From positions 927 through 64,926 of the forward strand of contig JAOKTA010000002.1 in NCBI GenBank assembly GCA_028335865.1: a stretch of 64,000 bases of DNA. The letters run 5' to 3'. Under the pieces are notes generated by a model that was given only the letters and a program-made list of their open reading frames with translations, made no database searches and had not been told where the DNA came from. Position numbers and translations under genes: made by a program. Source of the stretch: Nitrosopumilus sp. GTDB taxonomy: Archaea > Thermoproteota > Nitrososphaeria > Nitrososphaerales > Nitrosopumilaceae. Below are positions 47,110 through 59,505 of the stretch, one piece after another (position 1 is the stretch's first letter; every line of letters starts with the position of its first letter).

Positions 47110-47555
47110 CAACTCCAAAAACTGAAATTTATTTTGCAACTAGAAAAACAGCTAGCGCACATGTTTACATTACAAAAGGTGTTGGTAAAGTTAGAATCAA
47201 CAATGTTCCAGTTGAAATGATACCACAAGAAACAGCTCGTGAAGTTATTTTAGCACCGCTTGAAATTACAGGTGATCTAAGAGAGAAAATAGATATTTCT
47301 GTCAGAGTAACAGGTGGAGGATTTATGGGTCAAGCCAGTGCAATTGCAACTGGAATTACAAGAGCGCTCATAGGTTGGACAAAATCTAAAAAAGAACCAA
47401 AAGACCATCCATTTCCAAAAGCAACTAGAGAGGACTTAAGAAAACGAATAGATGATTTTGATAAATACCTAGTAAGTGGAGATGCCAGACAAAAAGAACC
47501 AAAGAAATTTGGCGGACCTGGTGCAAGAAGAAGAAAGCAGAAATCATACCGTTAG
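47106..47555 (+). CDS. rps9: 30S ribosomal protein S9
   Basis: RKTA.A, GGGFMGQA, EPKKFGGPGARRRKQKSYR. Confidence 0.97.
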   Translation: MTTPKTEIYFATRKTASAHVYITKGVGKVRINNVPVEMIPQETAREVILAPLEITGDLREKIDISVRVTGGGFMGQASAIATGITRALIGWTKSKKEPKDHPFPKATREDLRKRIDDFDKYLVSGDARQKEPKKFGGPGARRRKQKSYR

Positions 47556-47558
47556 ACT

Positions 47559-48278
47559 GTGAAGGCTATAATTTTAGCAGGTGGAAAAGGCACCAGAGGA
47601 AAACCATATACAGAATATTTTCCAAAAGCAATGACCCCAATCAATGGAAAGCCAATTGTAGATTATGTTGTAAGATATCTGAAATCATTTAATTTCATAA
47701 AAGAGATAATTATAATTTCAGATTATGATGGTCTAGGGGGTCAAATTAAAAACTACTATGGAAATCAAAAAAATATTAAATTTATTCAAGATTCACAAAG
47801 TGGTACAGGTGGAGATTTACTTCATATTGAAAAAGATCTCAAAGGTGAATCAGAGTTTCTATTATGGTTTGTAGATAATTTATGTGCAGTGGATATTAAA
47901 AAAATGAGAAGCATATTCAAAGAAAAAAATAGTTCTGCATGTATTGCTACCAGAACAAAAAGAAAAGAAGAAACAGGTTTTGCGATAGTTGAGGATGGAA
48001 TAATCAAAGAGTTTAGAGAAAAACCAACAATGAAATTACAATTATCAGAATGTCTAGGAATCTATATGCTTGGAAAAGAGATTATTCAAAAAATAAAGAA
48101 AAAGAAAAATCTAAAACAGATCAATTTATCATATGACATTTTACAACAATTGTCAAAAGAGAATAAAGTAAGTGCTTACGATATAGCAGAAAAAGAATGG
48201 ATTGATGCAGAATCACCAATGGTTTTAGAGAGAAACGAGAAATTAGTAACGAAAATCATAAAACAGATGGGACTGTAG
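47559..48278 (+). CDS. sugar-phosphate nucleotidyltransferase family protein
   Basis: AIILAGGKGTR..P.T...PK, GTGG, EKP. Confidence 0.88.
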   Translation: MKAIILAGGKGTRGKPYTEYFPKAMTPINGKPIVDYVVRYLKSFNFIKEIIIISDYDGLGGQIKNYYGNQKNIKFIQDSQSGTGGDLLHIEKDLKGESEFLLWFVDNLCAVDIKKMRSIFKEKNSSACIATRTKRKEETGFAIVEDGIIKEFREKPTMKLQLSECLGIYMLGKEIIQKIKKKKNLKQINLSYDILQQLSKENKVSAYDIAEKEWIDAESPMVLERNEKLVTKIIKQMGL

Positions 48279-48840
48279 ATTTTTCTTCAAATGCACGTAT
48301 ATTATCTTCAAATTCAAAAGTTTGTGCAATATCATCCAATCCCTCTAGAAGAATTTTTTTCTTGTGAGAATTAATTTCAAAAGATATATTTTCAGAGGAG
48401 GTTCTAATAATTTGATTTTCTAAATCAACCTCGACGTAATTGGTTTCCTGCAATAATTTTTCCACTATTTTTGGGTCCAATGAAATTGGCAATATTCCAT
48501 TTTTGAAACAATTACTAAAGAAAATATCTGCAAAAGATGAAGAAATAATTACGGAAAAACCATAATCATCTAAAGCCCAAACAGCGTGCTCTCTACTAGA
48601 ACCACATCCAAAATTATCACCGGCTACTAGAATTTTTGATCCATCATACTTTGAATCGTTTAATATAAAATCAGATTTTATATTTTTATTTTCATCATAT
48701 CTCCAATTAAAAAATAAGAATTTTCCAAATCCAGATTTTTGGACTAATTTTAAAAATTGTTTTGGAATGATTTGATCAGTGTCAACATTGACCATATCAA
48801 GCGGGGTTACAATGCTTTTTACATTTTCAAAGGGTTTCAT
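48256..48840 (-). CDS. leuD: 3-isopropylmalate dehydratase small subunit (bacterial type)
   Basis: [33 protein letters not shown]. Confidence 0.95.
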   Translation of the reverse strand: MKPFENVKSIVTPLDMVNVDTDQIIPKQFLKLVQKSGFGKFLFFNWRYDENKNIKSDFILNDSKYDGSKILVAGDNFGCGSSREHAVWALDDYGFSVIISSSFADIFFSNCFKNGILPISLDPKIVEKLLQETNYVEVDLENQIIRTSSENISFEINSHKKKILLEGLDDIAQTFEFEDNIRAFEEKSTVPSVL

Positions 48841-48841
48841 T

Positions 48842-50257
48842 TTAATTCAAATCCAATTTTCTTACATCAACAAAATGGCCGTTAATTGCAGCAGCAGCTG
48901 CCATCACAGGACTAACCAAGTGAGTTCGGCCACCATTGCCTTGCCTACCTTCAAAATTTCTATTTGAAGTACTGGCACATCTTTCACCAGGAGATAAAAT
49001 ATCAGGATTCATGCCTAGACACATGCTACATCCAGCCTCTCTCCATTCAAAATTAGCATCGGTAAAAATTTTATCCAATCCCATTTCTTCAGCTTGTTTT
49101 TTTACCATCTGTGAACCAGGAACCACCATGGCACTTACATTTGATGCAACTTTTTGACCTTGAATTATTTTAGACGCTTCAATAAGATCTTCTAATCTCG
49201 CATTAGTACAAGATCCAATAAACACTCTATCAATTTTAATATCTTCAATCATGGTTCCAGGTTTAAGATCCATGTATTCAAGTGCTTTTTCAGCACCTTT
49301 CTTTTGATTAGGATCTCCATTGGAGAATTCATCAGGGGACGGAATAGGTTCATCTACATCACAAGTCATTCCAGGGTTGGTTCCCCAACTTACTTGAGGA
49401 GTAATATCATTAATGTCTAAAATGAATTGCTTGTCAAATGTTGCATCAGAATCTGTTTTAAGATCATCCCTCCAAGAATCCACAAGAGACTCATAATTTT
49501 TTGGAGTGTATTCTCTATTTCGCAAATAATCAAAAGTTTTTTCATCAGGTGCAATTAATCCTGCACGGGCCCCCCCTTCAATGGACATATTACAAATTGT
49601 CATTCTTTGATCCATAGAGAGATCGCTTATTCCTTCACCGCGATATTCAATAACAGTACCAGTTCCACCAGCAGTTCCAATATTTTTGATAATTGAAAGA
49701 ATAATGTCTTTTGCAGTTACTGCATGAGTGTTCTTTCGTTTTCCTTCAACTCTAACTTCAAATGTTTTTGGTTTTTCCAACCATAACGTTTGAGATGCCA
49801 ATACATGTTCAACTTCACTAGTTCCAATTCCCAATGCTAATGCGCCAAAAGCTCCATGAGTGGATGTATGACTATCGCCACAAACAATGGTAGAACCAGG
49901 TAAAGTTATGCCTAATTGAGGACCTATTACATGAACAATTCCCTGATTAGGACTGTTAATATCAAATAACTTAATTCCAAAATCTTTGCAATTATTTTCA
50001 AGTGTTTTAATTTGTATAGATGAAGTTTCATCCAGCATAGGTAAAGAACGATCAGTAGTTGGAACATTATGATCCATTGTAGCAATGGTCAAATCAGGAC
50101 GTCTAACTTTTCTATTATTCATACGTAATCCATCAAATGCTTGAGGAGATGTTACTTCATGTACAAGATGTCTATCGATATAAATTAAATCAGGTTCATT
50201 TTGTTTTTCAACAACAATATGAGATTCCCAAATTTTTTCAAAAAGTGTTTTCCCCAT
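48842..50257 (-). CDS. leuC: 3-isopropylmalate dehydratase large subunit (bacterial type)
   Basis: [47 protein letters not shown]. Confidence 0.96.
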   Translation of the reverse strand: MGKTLFEKIWESHIVVEKQNEPDLIYIDRHLVHEVTSPQAFDGLRMNNRKVRRPDLTIATMDHNVPTTDRSLPMLDETSSIQIKTLENNCKDFGIKLFDINSPNQGIVHVIGPQLGITLPGSTIVCGDSHTSTHGAFGALALGIGTSEVEHVLASQTLWLEKPKTFEVRVEGKRKNTHAVTAKDIILSIIKNIGTAGGTGTVIEYRGEGISDLSMDQRMTICNMSIEGGARAGLIAPDEKTFDYLRNREYTPKNYESLVDSWRDDLKTDSDATFDKQFILDINDITPQVSWGTNPGMTCDVDEPIPSPDEFSNGDPNQKKGAEKALEYMDLKPGTMIEDIKIDRVFIGSCTNARLEDLIEASKIIQGQKVASNVSAMVVPGSQMVKKQAEEMGLDKIFTDANFEWREAGCSMCLGMNPDILSPGERCASTSNRNFEGRQGNGGRTHLVSPVMAAAAAINGHFVDVRKLDLN

Positions 50258-50258
50258 T

Positions 50259-50750
50259 TTAATCCTGATCTGGCTTATACTTGAATAATCCACCGGCTGC
50301 AATTATTTTTCCAATAATTTCAGAAAAAGGTTTCATTTTGTATGTTTGATTTTTTGTAATATTCTTTATTTCATTTTTTGAAATATCAATATCAATCTCA
50401 TCACCTTCAGAAATTCCATCATATGCATCTTGATCAATTTCAATAGGTAGCAAAAATGCACCATCGACAGAATTTCGATAAAATATTCTTGCAAAAGATA
50501 AAGCAAGAATTGCTTTTACACCACAATGAGATAATGCAATTGGAGCATGTTCTCTGCTAGAACCACATCCAAAATTCTTTCCAGATAAAATAAAATCACC
50601 TTCTTTTACTTTAGAATGAAAATCAGGATCCAATCCCTCCATAGCATGAGTTGCAAGTTCAGCATAATCATGAACTTTGAGATATTGTCCAGGAATAATT
50701 ACATCAGTGTCGATGTTATCACGAGGATATTTTATGATATTTCCTCTCAT
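50259..50750 (-). CDS. archaeal-type homoaconitase/isopropylmalate isomerase small subunit
   Basis: [35 protein letters not shown]. Confidence 0.9.
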   Translation of the reverse strand: MRGNIIKYPRDNIDTDVIIPGQYLKVHDYAELATHAMEGLDPDFHSKVKEGDFILSGKNFGCGSSREHAPIALSHCGVKAILALSFARIFYRNSVDGAFLLPIEIDQDAYDGISEGDEIDIDISKNEIKNITKNQTYKMKPFSEIIGKIIAAGGLFKYKPDQD

Positions 50751-52018
50751 AGTAAATCCCTTGGATCAGTAATTTTTCCAGTTACTGCAGAAGCTGCTGC
50801 AACCATAGGAGATGAAAGATAGGTTTGAGATTCAATATGTCCCATTCTTCCTGGGAAATTTCTATTAGTTGTGCTGATACAAATTTCATCTTTTGCCAAT
50901 ACTCCCATATGGGCACCACAGCAGGCACCACAAGTAGGTGGACCAACTGTAACACCAGCATCTAAGAAAATTTTCAACAATCCATTTTCCATAGCACGTT
51001 GATAAATTGAAATGGCAGCAGGTAAAACTTCAGTTCTAATCTTTACTTTTCGTCCTTTGAGTATTTTTGCTGCAGCTTCCAAATCTTCGTATTTTGCACC
51101 AGTGCAAGAACCAATGTATGATTTATCTAATTCAACGGATGGAGCTTCACCTACAACACATGTGTTATCAGGTGAGAAAGGTTTTGAAATCATAGGTTCC
51201 ATTTCTGAACTTTCATATTCAAATATCTTAGAATATTCGGCATCAGAATCACCAGTAACTAAATTGAAATTCGTAGCACCTCTTTTGGAAAGATAATCAA
51301 CCACTTTTTGATCAGGCTCTACAATCCCATTTTTAGCTCCGGCTTCGGTGGTCATATTACACAAAGTCAATCTACTTTCAACAGACATTTCATCAATTCC
51401 ACTTCCCCCAAATTGCATTGTTCTGTATGCACCACCATCATTTCCAATATCTCCAATAATTTTTAGAATCACATCTTTAGCCATCACATGATCAGGTAAT
51501 TTTCCATTTAATTTGAAATAATAAGTCTCAGGAACTTTAAACCAAATATTTCCATTTAACAAAACATATGCAATATCAGTATGACCCAAACCACATGCAA
51601 ATGCACCTAAAGCACCAGTTGTGTTTGTATGAGAATCACCACCAACATAAACATCACCAGGCATCACCATTGCTTCTTCATGTGAGATGGTATGGCAGAT
51701 ACCATATTGACCCATTCCGTATTTGAAGTGTTTTTCAATGCCGTATTGTTTTGTAAAATTAGATAATTTTACAATATTTTCAGCAGACATTTTATCAGCT
51801 GAAGGTACAAAGTGATCTTCAGCTACCCAAACTTTGGTAGGATCCCATAATTTATCAACAGAAATTCCTTGTTTTTTTAATTTATCAAAAACCTTAAGCA
51901 CACCAGGTCCAGACACATCATGCATCATTACTTTATCAACATCAGCAAAAACCACATCGTCAGGGGCAACTGAGGACTTGCCTGATCCACGTGCAAGGAT
52001 CTTCTCAACTATATTCAT
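50747..52018 (-). CDS. archaeal-type homoaconitase/isopropylmalate isomerase large subunit
   Basis: DSHT...GA.GAFA.G, GSCTG, CGACCG.HMG, TNRNFPGRMG. Confidence 0.9.
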   Translation of the reverse strand: MNIVEKILARGSGKSSVAPDDVVFADVDKVMMHDVSGPGVLKVFDKLKKQGISVDKLWDPTKVWVAEDHFVPSADKMSAENIVKLSNFTKQYGIEKHFKYGMGQYGICHTISHEEAMVMPGDVYVGGDSHTNTTGALGAFACGLGHTDIAYVLLNGNIWFKVPETYYFKLNGKLPDHVMAKDVILKIIGDIGNDGGAYRTMQFGGSGIDEMSVESRLTLCNMTTEAGAKNGIVEPDQKVVDYLSKRGATNFNLVTGDSDAEYSKIFEYESSEMEPMISKPFSPDNTCVVGEAPSVELDKSYIGSCTGAKYEDLEAAAKILKGRKVKIRTEVLPAAISIYQRAMENGLLKIFLDAGVTVGPPTCGACCGAHMGVLAKDEICISTTNRNFPGRMGHIESQTYLSSPMVAAASAVTGKITDPRDLL

Positions 52019-52091
52019 AATTCAAAAAGTTTGCTCTTGGGATTAAAAGCTTTTCAGAACAATAAAAAAGAAATAGAATCCATAGAATATT

Positions 52092-52868
52092 GTGCAATTA
52101 ACAGTAATACCACTACTAGCAGAAAGAATGGAAAATAAATTTAATATTTTTGAGGAATTAGAAAATACTTTGGTGAAAAATGAAACTAAATTACAAGAAG
52201 GAGACGTCATAGTGATTTCAACAAAATACATCTCAAACTCACAAGGAAGAATTGTTGATTTAGATAAAATCAATGCATCAGAGTACGGTATCAAAATAGC
52301 AGATGAATACCAATTAAAACCAGGAATTGCAGAAATAATAATCAGAGAATCAGATAAAATTTTTGGAGGAATAGGAGGATTTGTCATAACATCGGCAGAT
52401 AATATCATGGCACCAAATGCAGGAATTGATAAATCAAATGCAAAAAAAGGGAAAGCAATACTATATCCAACAGATCCGTATCTAATCGCAGAACAAATTA
52501 GAAGAAAAGTTTTCTTGAAATTATTAATTCATGTCGGAGTAATTTTAGTAGATAGTAGATTAATGCCAGCAAGAATTGGCACATCGGGGGTTGCAATATC
52601 ATGTGCTGGAATAGAACCAGTTTTAGATATGAGATCTAAAAAAGATCTAGATGGAAATCCATTGAAAGTTACATTTCAAGCAGTTGTAGATAATCTTGCA
52701 ACAATTGCAAATCACAAGATGGGGGAGGGTGCAGAATCAAGACCATTTGCAATAGTCAGAGATTCAGGAGCAAAACTTACAGATAGAAAAATTAATTCTT
52801 CAGAAATGGCAATCGCACCAGAACAATGTGTTTACGTCAGAGGTCTAGCAAATCCCCCTAAAAACTAA
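52092..52868 (+). CDS. cofE: coenzyme F420-0:L-glutamate ligase
   Basis: GDV.VI..K.IS...GR, NAGID.SN, DL.G.PL.VT, MGEG.E..P. Confidence 0.9.
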   Translation: MQLTVIPLLAERMENKFNIFEELENTLVKNETKLQEGDVIVISTKYISNSQGRIVDLDKINASEYGIKIADEYQLKPGIAEIIIRESDKIFGGIGGFVITSADNIMAPNAGIDKSNAKKGKAILYPTDPYLIAEQIRRKVFLKLLIHVGVILVDSRLMPARIGTSGVAISCAGIEPVLDMRSKKDLDGNPLKVTFQAVVDNLATIANHKMGEGAESRPFAIVRDSGAKLTDRKINSSEMAIAPEQCVYVRGLANPPKN

Positions 52869-52916
52869 GGGCGTAAGGTAAGTTTTTTTTAAATAGAGGG
52901 ATTTAAGATAAAAAAT

Positions 52917-53468
52917 ATGGAGTATTTGACCACATATCCAAAAACGATCTCGTTTATCGATGGATTAAAGCATAAAATTCAGGCAGATAACAAAAAGGGC
53001 GTAGAGCAACTCCATATTGTTGTCAAACAAAATTTTGAAGAGTTAATGAAAATATTTACAGCAGAGGGATTTACCAAAGTGAAATTAGAACATAAGCAAC
53101 CAGACCAAATTGGAAGTGGAATAAATTTAAAATTGAAAAAACCATGGGAGATGCACATTAGAATGGTGGATTTAAAAAAAGGTCGAATTGGAATTCATGC
53201 AGAAGTAGAGGTATCAAGAGATTATCTTCAACATTTGTTTTCACAAAGAACTCCAGTAATTTATGAAGTAGAAGAAATTTTAAAAAAATATCAAGTAGAC
53301 TATAGTATTTGGCACGATAAAATAAAAAAAAACATTACAACCGTAGTAGATAATTACAAAGTGAAACTTGCAAATCCAGGAATTCCAGTATTTGCATGGA
53401 AGCCAATGGTGGTGGTAATTGTAACTGTAATGGCATTGTATGGTTGGAAATTTTTTAGTACAATTTGA
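52917..53468 (+). CDS. hypothetical protein with C-terminal TM helix
   Basis: 183 aa ORF, PWEMH.R motif, hydrophobic tail. Confidence 0.75.
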   Translation: MEYLTTYPKTISFIDGLKHKIQADNKKGVEQLHIVVKQNFEELMKIFTAEGFTKVKLEHKQPDQIGSGINLKLKKPWEMHIRMVDLKKGRIGIHAEVEVSRDYLQHLFSQRTPVIYEVEEILKKYQVDYSIWHDKIKKNITTVVDNYKVKLANPGIPVFAWKPMVVVIVTVMALYGWKFFSTI

Positions 53469-53494
53469 TTAAATTAATTACAGGTTAAAAAAAT

Positions 53495-53842
53495 CTAAAC
53501 GCCGAGTGTTTCTGCTTTACTTAATTCAAGAAATACTTTATCTCCAACTGAAAGGCCCATCTCTTTGTATTCATGCATTTCAAGTTTTAATTGAGTAATT
53601 CCAGATGGCATTCCCATACCACCTCCACCACCAGACATCATCTTGCTAAGGTCTTTCATCATATCATTCATGTTTGAAAATCCCATTACCTTTGGAGCGC
53701 CAAAAGCAGCAGGTGGGTTTTGATTTCCTTCCTTTAGTTCTTTTAGTGAAGATAGTGAAAGTATAACATATGGTGCTCCATCAGGGGCTGAATCAATGCT
53801 TTTTACAACAAATTCTTTCTTCATAACTAGCATGAATGGCAT
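53495..53842 (-). CDS. hypothetical small beta-barrel protein with Gly/Met-rich insert
   Basis: EY..MGL.VGDKV motif; likely start MKKEF at 53824. Confidence 0.7.
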   Translation of the reverse strand: MPFMLVMKKEFVVKSIDSAPDGAPYVILSLSSLKELKEGNQNPPAAFGAPKVMGFSNMNDMMKDLSKMMSGGGGGMGMPSGITQLKLEMHEYKEMGLSVGDKVFLELSKAETLGV

Positions 53843-53922
53843 ATCTATATAATTTTAATATTTTGAATGGGTATTTACATGGAAATTGAAGATTTAATTA
53901 CAAATTTGAATAATCTGTAGTA

Positions 53923-54468
53923 GTGTCTGAGCCTTTAAAAACAAAATTACAATACTATGGAATCTCACCTTGGGAAATAGAAGTTCTTTATGGATTTCTA
54001 CATTCTAGATTTACAATAGTACAAGAAGAAATAGAGAATAATGATGAGAATTTTGTAAGTTTTCTTGATATAGATATTCCCTTAGAATTTAATGAAGCAT
54101 TTTTCAAATGGTTTGATTTTAAACAATGGGAAAAAGTAAAAGATGTTCTAAAAGAGTACAAAAGAAGACGTGGAAGTCGCAATGCGTTAAAAATTAAAAT
54201 CAATTTTGCAGGAAATCCAAAAATTGTATTTACAGTCGATGTAGTGGATAGACAATGGTTTAACAATGCAATAGAGAAAATGGATTTTGTCATAGAATTA
54301 TTACCACAACATCTTGATCCTAAAAAACTGCCAACAGGAGTTAGAGAAATTAATTACAAATTTGATGTGGAATCAGCTAGATGGAGATTAGATACAGCAA
54401 AATCAAAAGATAAACAATATTCATTCAGAGGAGATGTATGGAAAGAAATTCAAAAAAAAGTGGAGTAG
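53923..54468 (+). CDS. hypothetical protein
   Basis: 181 aa ORF. Confidence 0.75.
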   Translation: MSEPLKTKLQYYGISPWEIEVLYGFLHSRFTIVQEEIENNDENFVSFLDIDIPLEFNEAFFKWFDFKQWEKVKDVLKEYKRRRGSRNALKIKINFAGNPKIVFTVDVVDRQWFNNAIEKMDFVIELLPQHLDPKKLPTGVREINYKFDVESARWRLDTAKSKDKQYSFRGDVWKEIQKKVE

Positions 54469-54477
54469 AAAATAAAA

Positions 54478-57340
<2,863 letters not shown>

Positions 57341-57393
57341 AAATATTCACAAGCCTTTTTCAAATAAGAACCACGTGGTAAATAATTAATCAA

Positions 57394-57537
57394 TTATCCA
57401 CCTGTTGCTGCATCAAATAATGCACATTCACATTTATCACGTTCACCACAGTAAGGACATACACACATGCATTTTTCAATAGAATTACCACAATCTACAC
57501 AAATAGCAAATTCTTCTTCTTCAATTTTTGAAGACAT
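57394..57537 (-). CDS. 47-aa Cys-rich microprotein ending in Gly-Gly
   Basis: MSSKIEEEEFAICVDCGNSIEKCMCVCPYCGERDKCECALFDAATGG; 8 Cys; TTTATA box about 22-27 nt upstream. Confidence 0.75.
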   Translation of the reverse strand: MSSKIEEEEFAICVDCGNSIEKCMCVCPYCGERDKCECALFDAATGG

Positions 57538-57589
57538 AGTAATGATACAAAGAAATCGTATAAATGGTTTGAGATAAATCTGAAGACTA

Positions 57590-58558
57590 GTGAAAGAAAA
57601 AATTTTACTTACAAGAACTTTACATGATTTTGCATTAAAAGAATTAAAAAAGAAATTTCAAGTTGAAATCCATACAGGAAAAATACCAATACCTCAAAAG
57701 ACATTAAAATCTAAAATTAAAGAAATGGATGGCTTAATCTGTTTTCCATATGATAAAATAGATAAAGAAATAATTCAATCAGCAAAAAAGCTCAAAGCAA
57801 TCAGCACATACAGTGTAGGATATGATCATATAGATACACAGTTTGCAAAGGAAAATAAAATTAGAGTTGGCTATACACCAGAAGTTTTAACAGATGCAAC
57901 AGCAGATATGGCATTTGCGTTATTACTTGATTCATTAAGAAGAATTTCGGAAGGAGATAGAATTATCAGAAAAGGACAATGGAAGCAAATCTATGGGGCA
58001 TATGATTATGTAGGATTGGACCTTCAGGGAAAAACTTTAGGCATAATGGGTTTAGGTAGAATCGGAAAAACACTTGCTAAAAGAGCAAAGGCATTTGATA
58101 TGAAAATTATATACCACAATAGAAAACAAATTTCTAAAACTGAGGAAAAAAAAATAGGAGTAAAATACACTACATTTGAGAAATTAATTTCTCAAAGTGA
58201 TATTATATCAATTCATGTACCACATACAAAACAAACTAACGAGATGTTTAATATGAAAATTTTTAGAAAAATGAAAAAGACATCATTTCTGATAAATACA
58301 TCACGGGGTAAAGTAGTAAATGAAAAAGATCTGGCAGTAGCATTGAAACAAAAAATTATTGCAGGTGCAGGGTTAGATGTATTTGATACAGAGCCGATAA
58401 AGAAAAATCACCCATTTCTCAAATTAGAGAACACAGTGTTAGCACCACATGTAGGGAGCTCGACAAAAGAAACTAGAATTGAAATGGCAAAAATTACTAT
58501 GAAAAACATGATCCTAGGAATGAAGGGTAAAAAACCAATTTATTCCATAGGGTATTGA
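57590..58558 (+). CDS. D-isomer 2-hydroxyacid dehydrogenase (glyoxylate reductase/D-glycerate dehydrogenase)
   Basis: SVGYDHID, G.GRIG, INTSRG, GLDVF..EP, PHVGS. Confidence 0.93.
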   Translation: MKEKILLTRTLHDFALKELKKKFQVEIHTGKIPIPQKTLKSKIKEMDGLICFPYDKIDKEIIQSAKKLKAISTYSVGYDHIDTQFAKENKIRVGYTPEVLTDATADMAFALLLDSLRRISEGDRIIRKGQWKQIYGAYDYVGLDLQGKTLGIMGLGRIGKTLAKRAKAFDMKIIYHNRKQISKTEEKKIGVKYTTFEKLISQSDIISIHVPHTKQTNEMFNMKIFRKMKKTSFLINTSRGKVVNEKDLAVALKQKIIAGAGLDVFDTEPIKKNHPFLKLENTVLAPHVGSSTKETRIEMAKITMKNMILGMKGKKPIYSIGY

Positions 58559-58627
58559 TTATTACGCGTAAATTAGAGTTCAATAAAATGTTGAGTTTTT
58601 ATATTGAAATTATGAAATAGTATCAAG

Positions 58628-58717
58628 TTGAAAAAATTCAAACATACTAACGAAGAATTAGAATTAGCAAAAATAAAAACTGAAAAAGACAAAAAGAAAA
58701 AAGAATTAGAAAACTGA
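58628..58717 (+). CDS. possible 29-aa charged microprotein
   Basis: TTG start, MKKFKHTNEELELAKIKTEKDKKKKELEN; TTTTATA box upstream, T tract downstream. Confidence 0.35.
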   Translation: MKKFKHTNEELELAKIKTEKDKKKKELEN

Positions 58718-58727
58718 TACTTTTTTG

Positions 58728-58756
58728 CTTGTCTTTTTCAGACAAGATTTTTTTTT
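58728..58756. terminator. hairpin CTTGTCT-N5-AGACAAG flanked by T tracts between convergent genes
   Basis: 7-bp stem followed by a T run. Confidence 0.4.
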
Positions 58757-59129
58757 AAAATTTAATTTTAGAAGAATATTTCTGATGTAGTGAGTCATAT
58801 AGCTCTTTTCTTGAAGAAACCAAATTTTTTGATTCATCATACATTTTTGTAAAAAATGCAGCAACTACACGCTCGTTAGTTTTATCAAAAAACCTTACAC
58901 TAAAACTAATTTTATCAGGCTTTTGTTCTTGAACAAATTCTGCTGAATCAACCATCTCAGAATTGATATGCATGTGTGCAGGGCCATCATTATCACCAAT
59001 TGTAATCCATTTTTCTTTTTGTCTAATACTAAGAGAATTACTACGAATTTCGCAGGTTGCACCGATATTTTTTGTAATTATTAACACATCGTCAATTTTG
59101 ATTATATCAGATAATAGTTCAAAAAGCAA
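58755..59129 (-). CDS. HutX/ChuX-like heme carrier fold protein
   Basis: V..I..N.GA..E, H.HI......A.FV, S.SV.FFD pattern. Confidence 0.7.
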   Translation of the reverse strand: MLFELLSDIIKIDDVLIITKNIGATCEIRSNSLSIRQKEKWITIGDNDGPAHMHINSEMVDSAEFVQEQKPDKISFSVRFFDKTNERVVAAFFTKMYDESKNLVSSRKELYDSLHQKYSSKIKF

Positions 59130-59153
59130 TAATCAATTAAGAAAAGCGAATTA

Positions 59154-59429
59154 TTATAATTTTTTCATGTCAATTTGAACAAAATCATCAGAATCACCAT
59201 GAACGCAGTCAGTTCCAATTGTTTTAACAGGAGTAAAACTAATTTTTCCATTTTGTATTTTACCTTCATTTTGTAAAATCCCAAGTTTGCCAGATACGAT
59301 AGAACGATGTTTCTGGCAAGTTAATCCAAACATGTATTCATCTTTACCATCAACAATAGATACAATAAATTCTGGGGGGTTGACACATTGTTTTCCCTCT
59401 TCTGTAACTGAGCATTTATCAGGCATCAT
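59154..59429 (-). CDS. hypothetical Cys/His-containing protein
   Basis: C..C..CxxH pattern; likely start MMPDKC. Confidence 0.7.
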   Translation of the reverse strand: MMPDKCSVTEEGKQCVNPPEFIVSIVDGKDEYMFGLTCQKHRSIVSGKLGILQNEGKIQNGKISFTPVKTIGTDCVHGDSDDFVQIDMKKL

Positions 59430-59505
59430 AACAAAATTAAAAATTATATCAGATATTAATCTTGAGTGATATTGATTTAATATTACATAGTACAAATTAA
59501 AATCA

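Noticed and set aside
41703-47555. Exosome superoperon and rpoD-ribosomal cluster as novel
   Set aside because: Well-known conserved archaeal gene order
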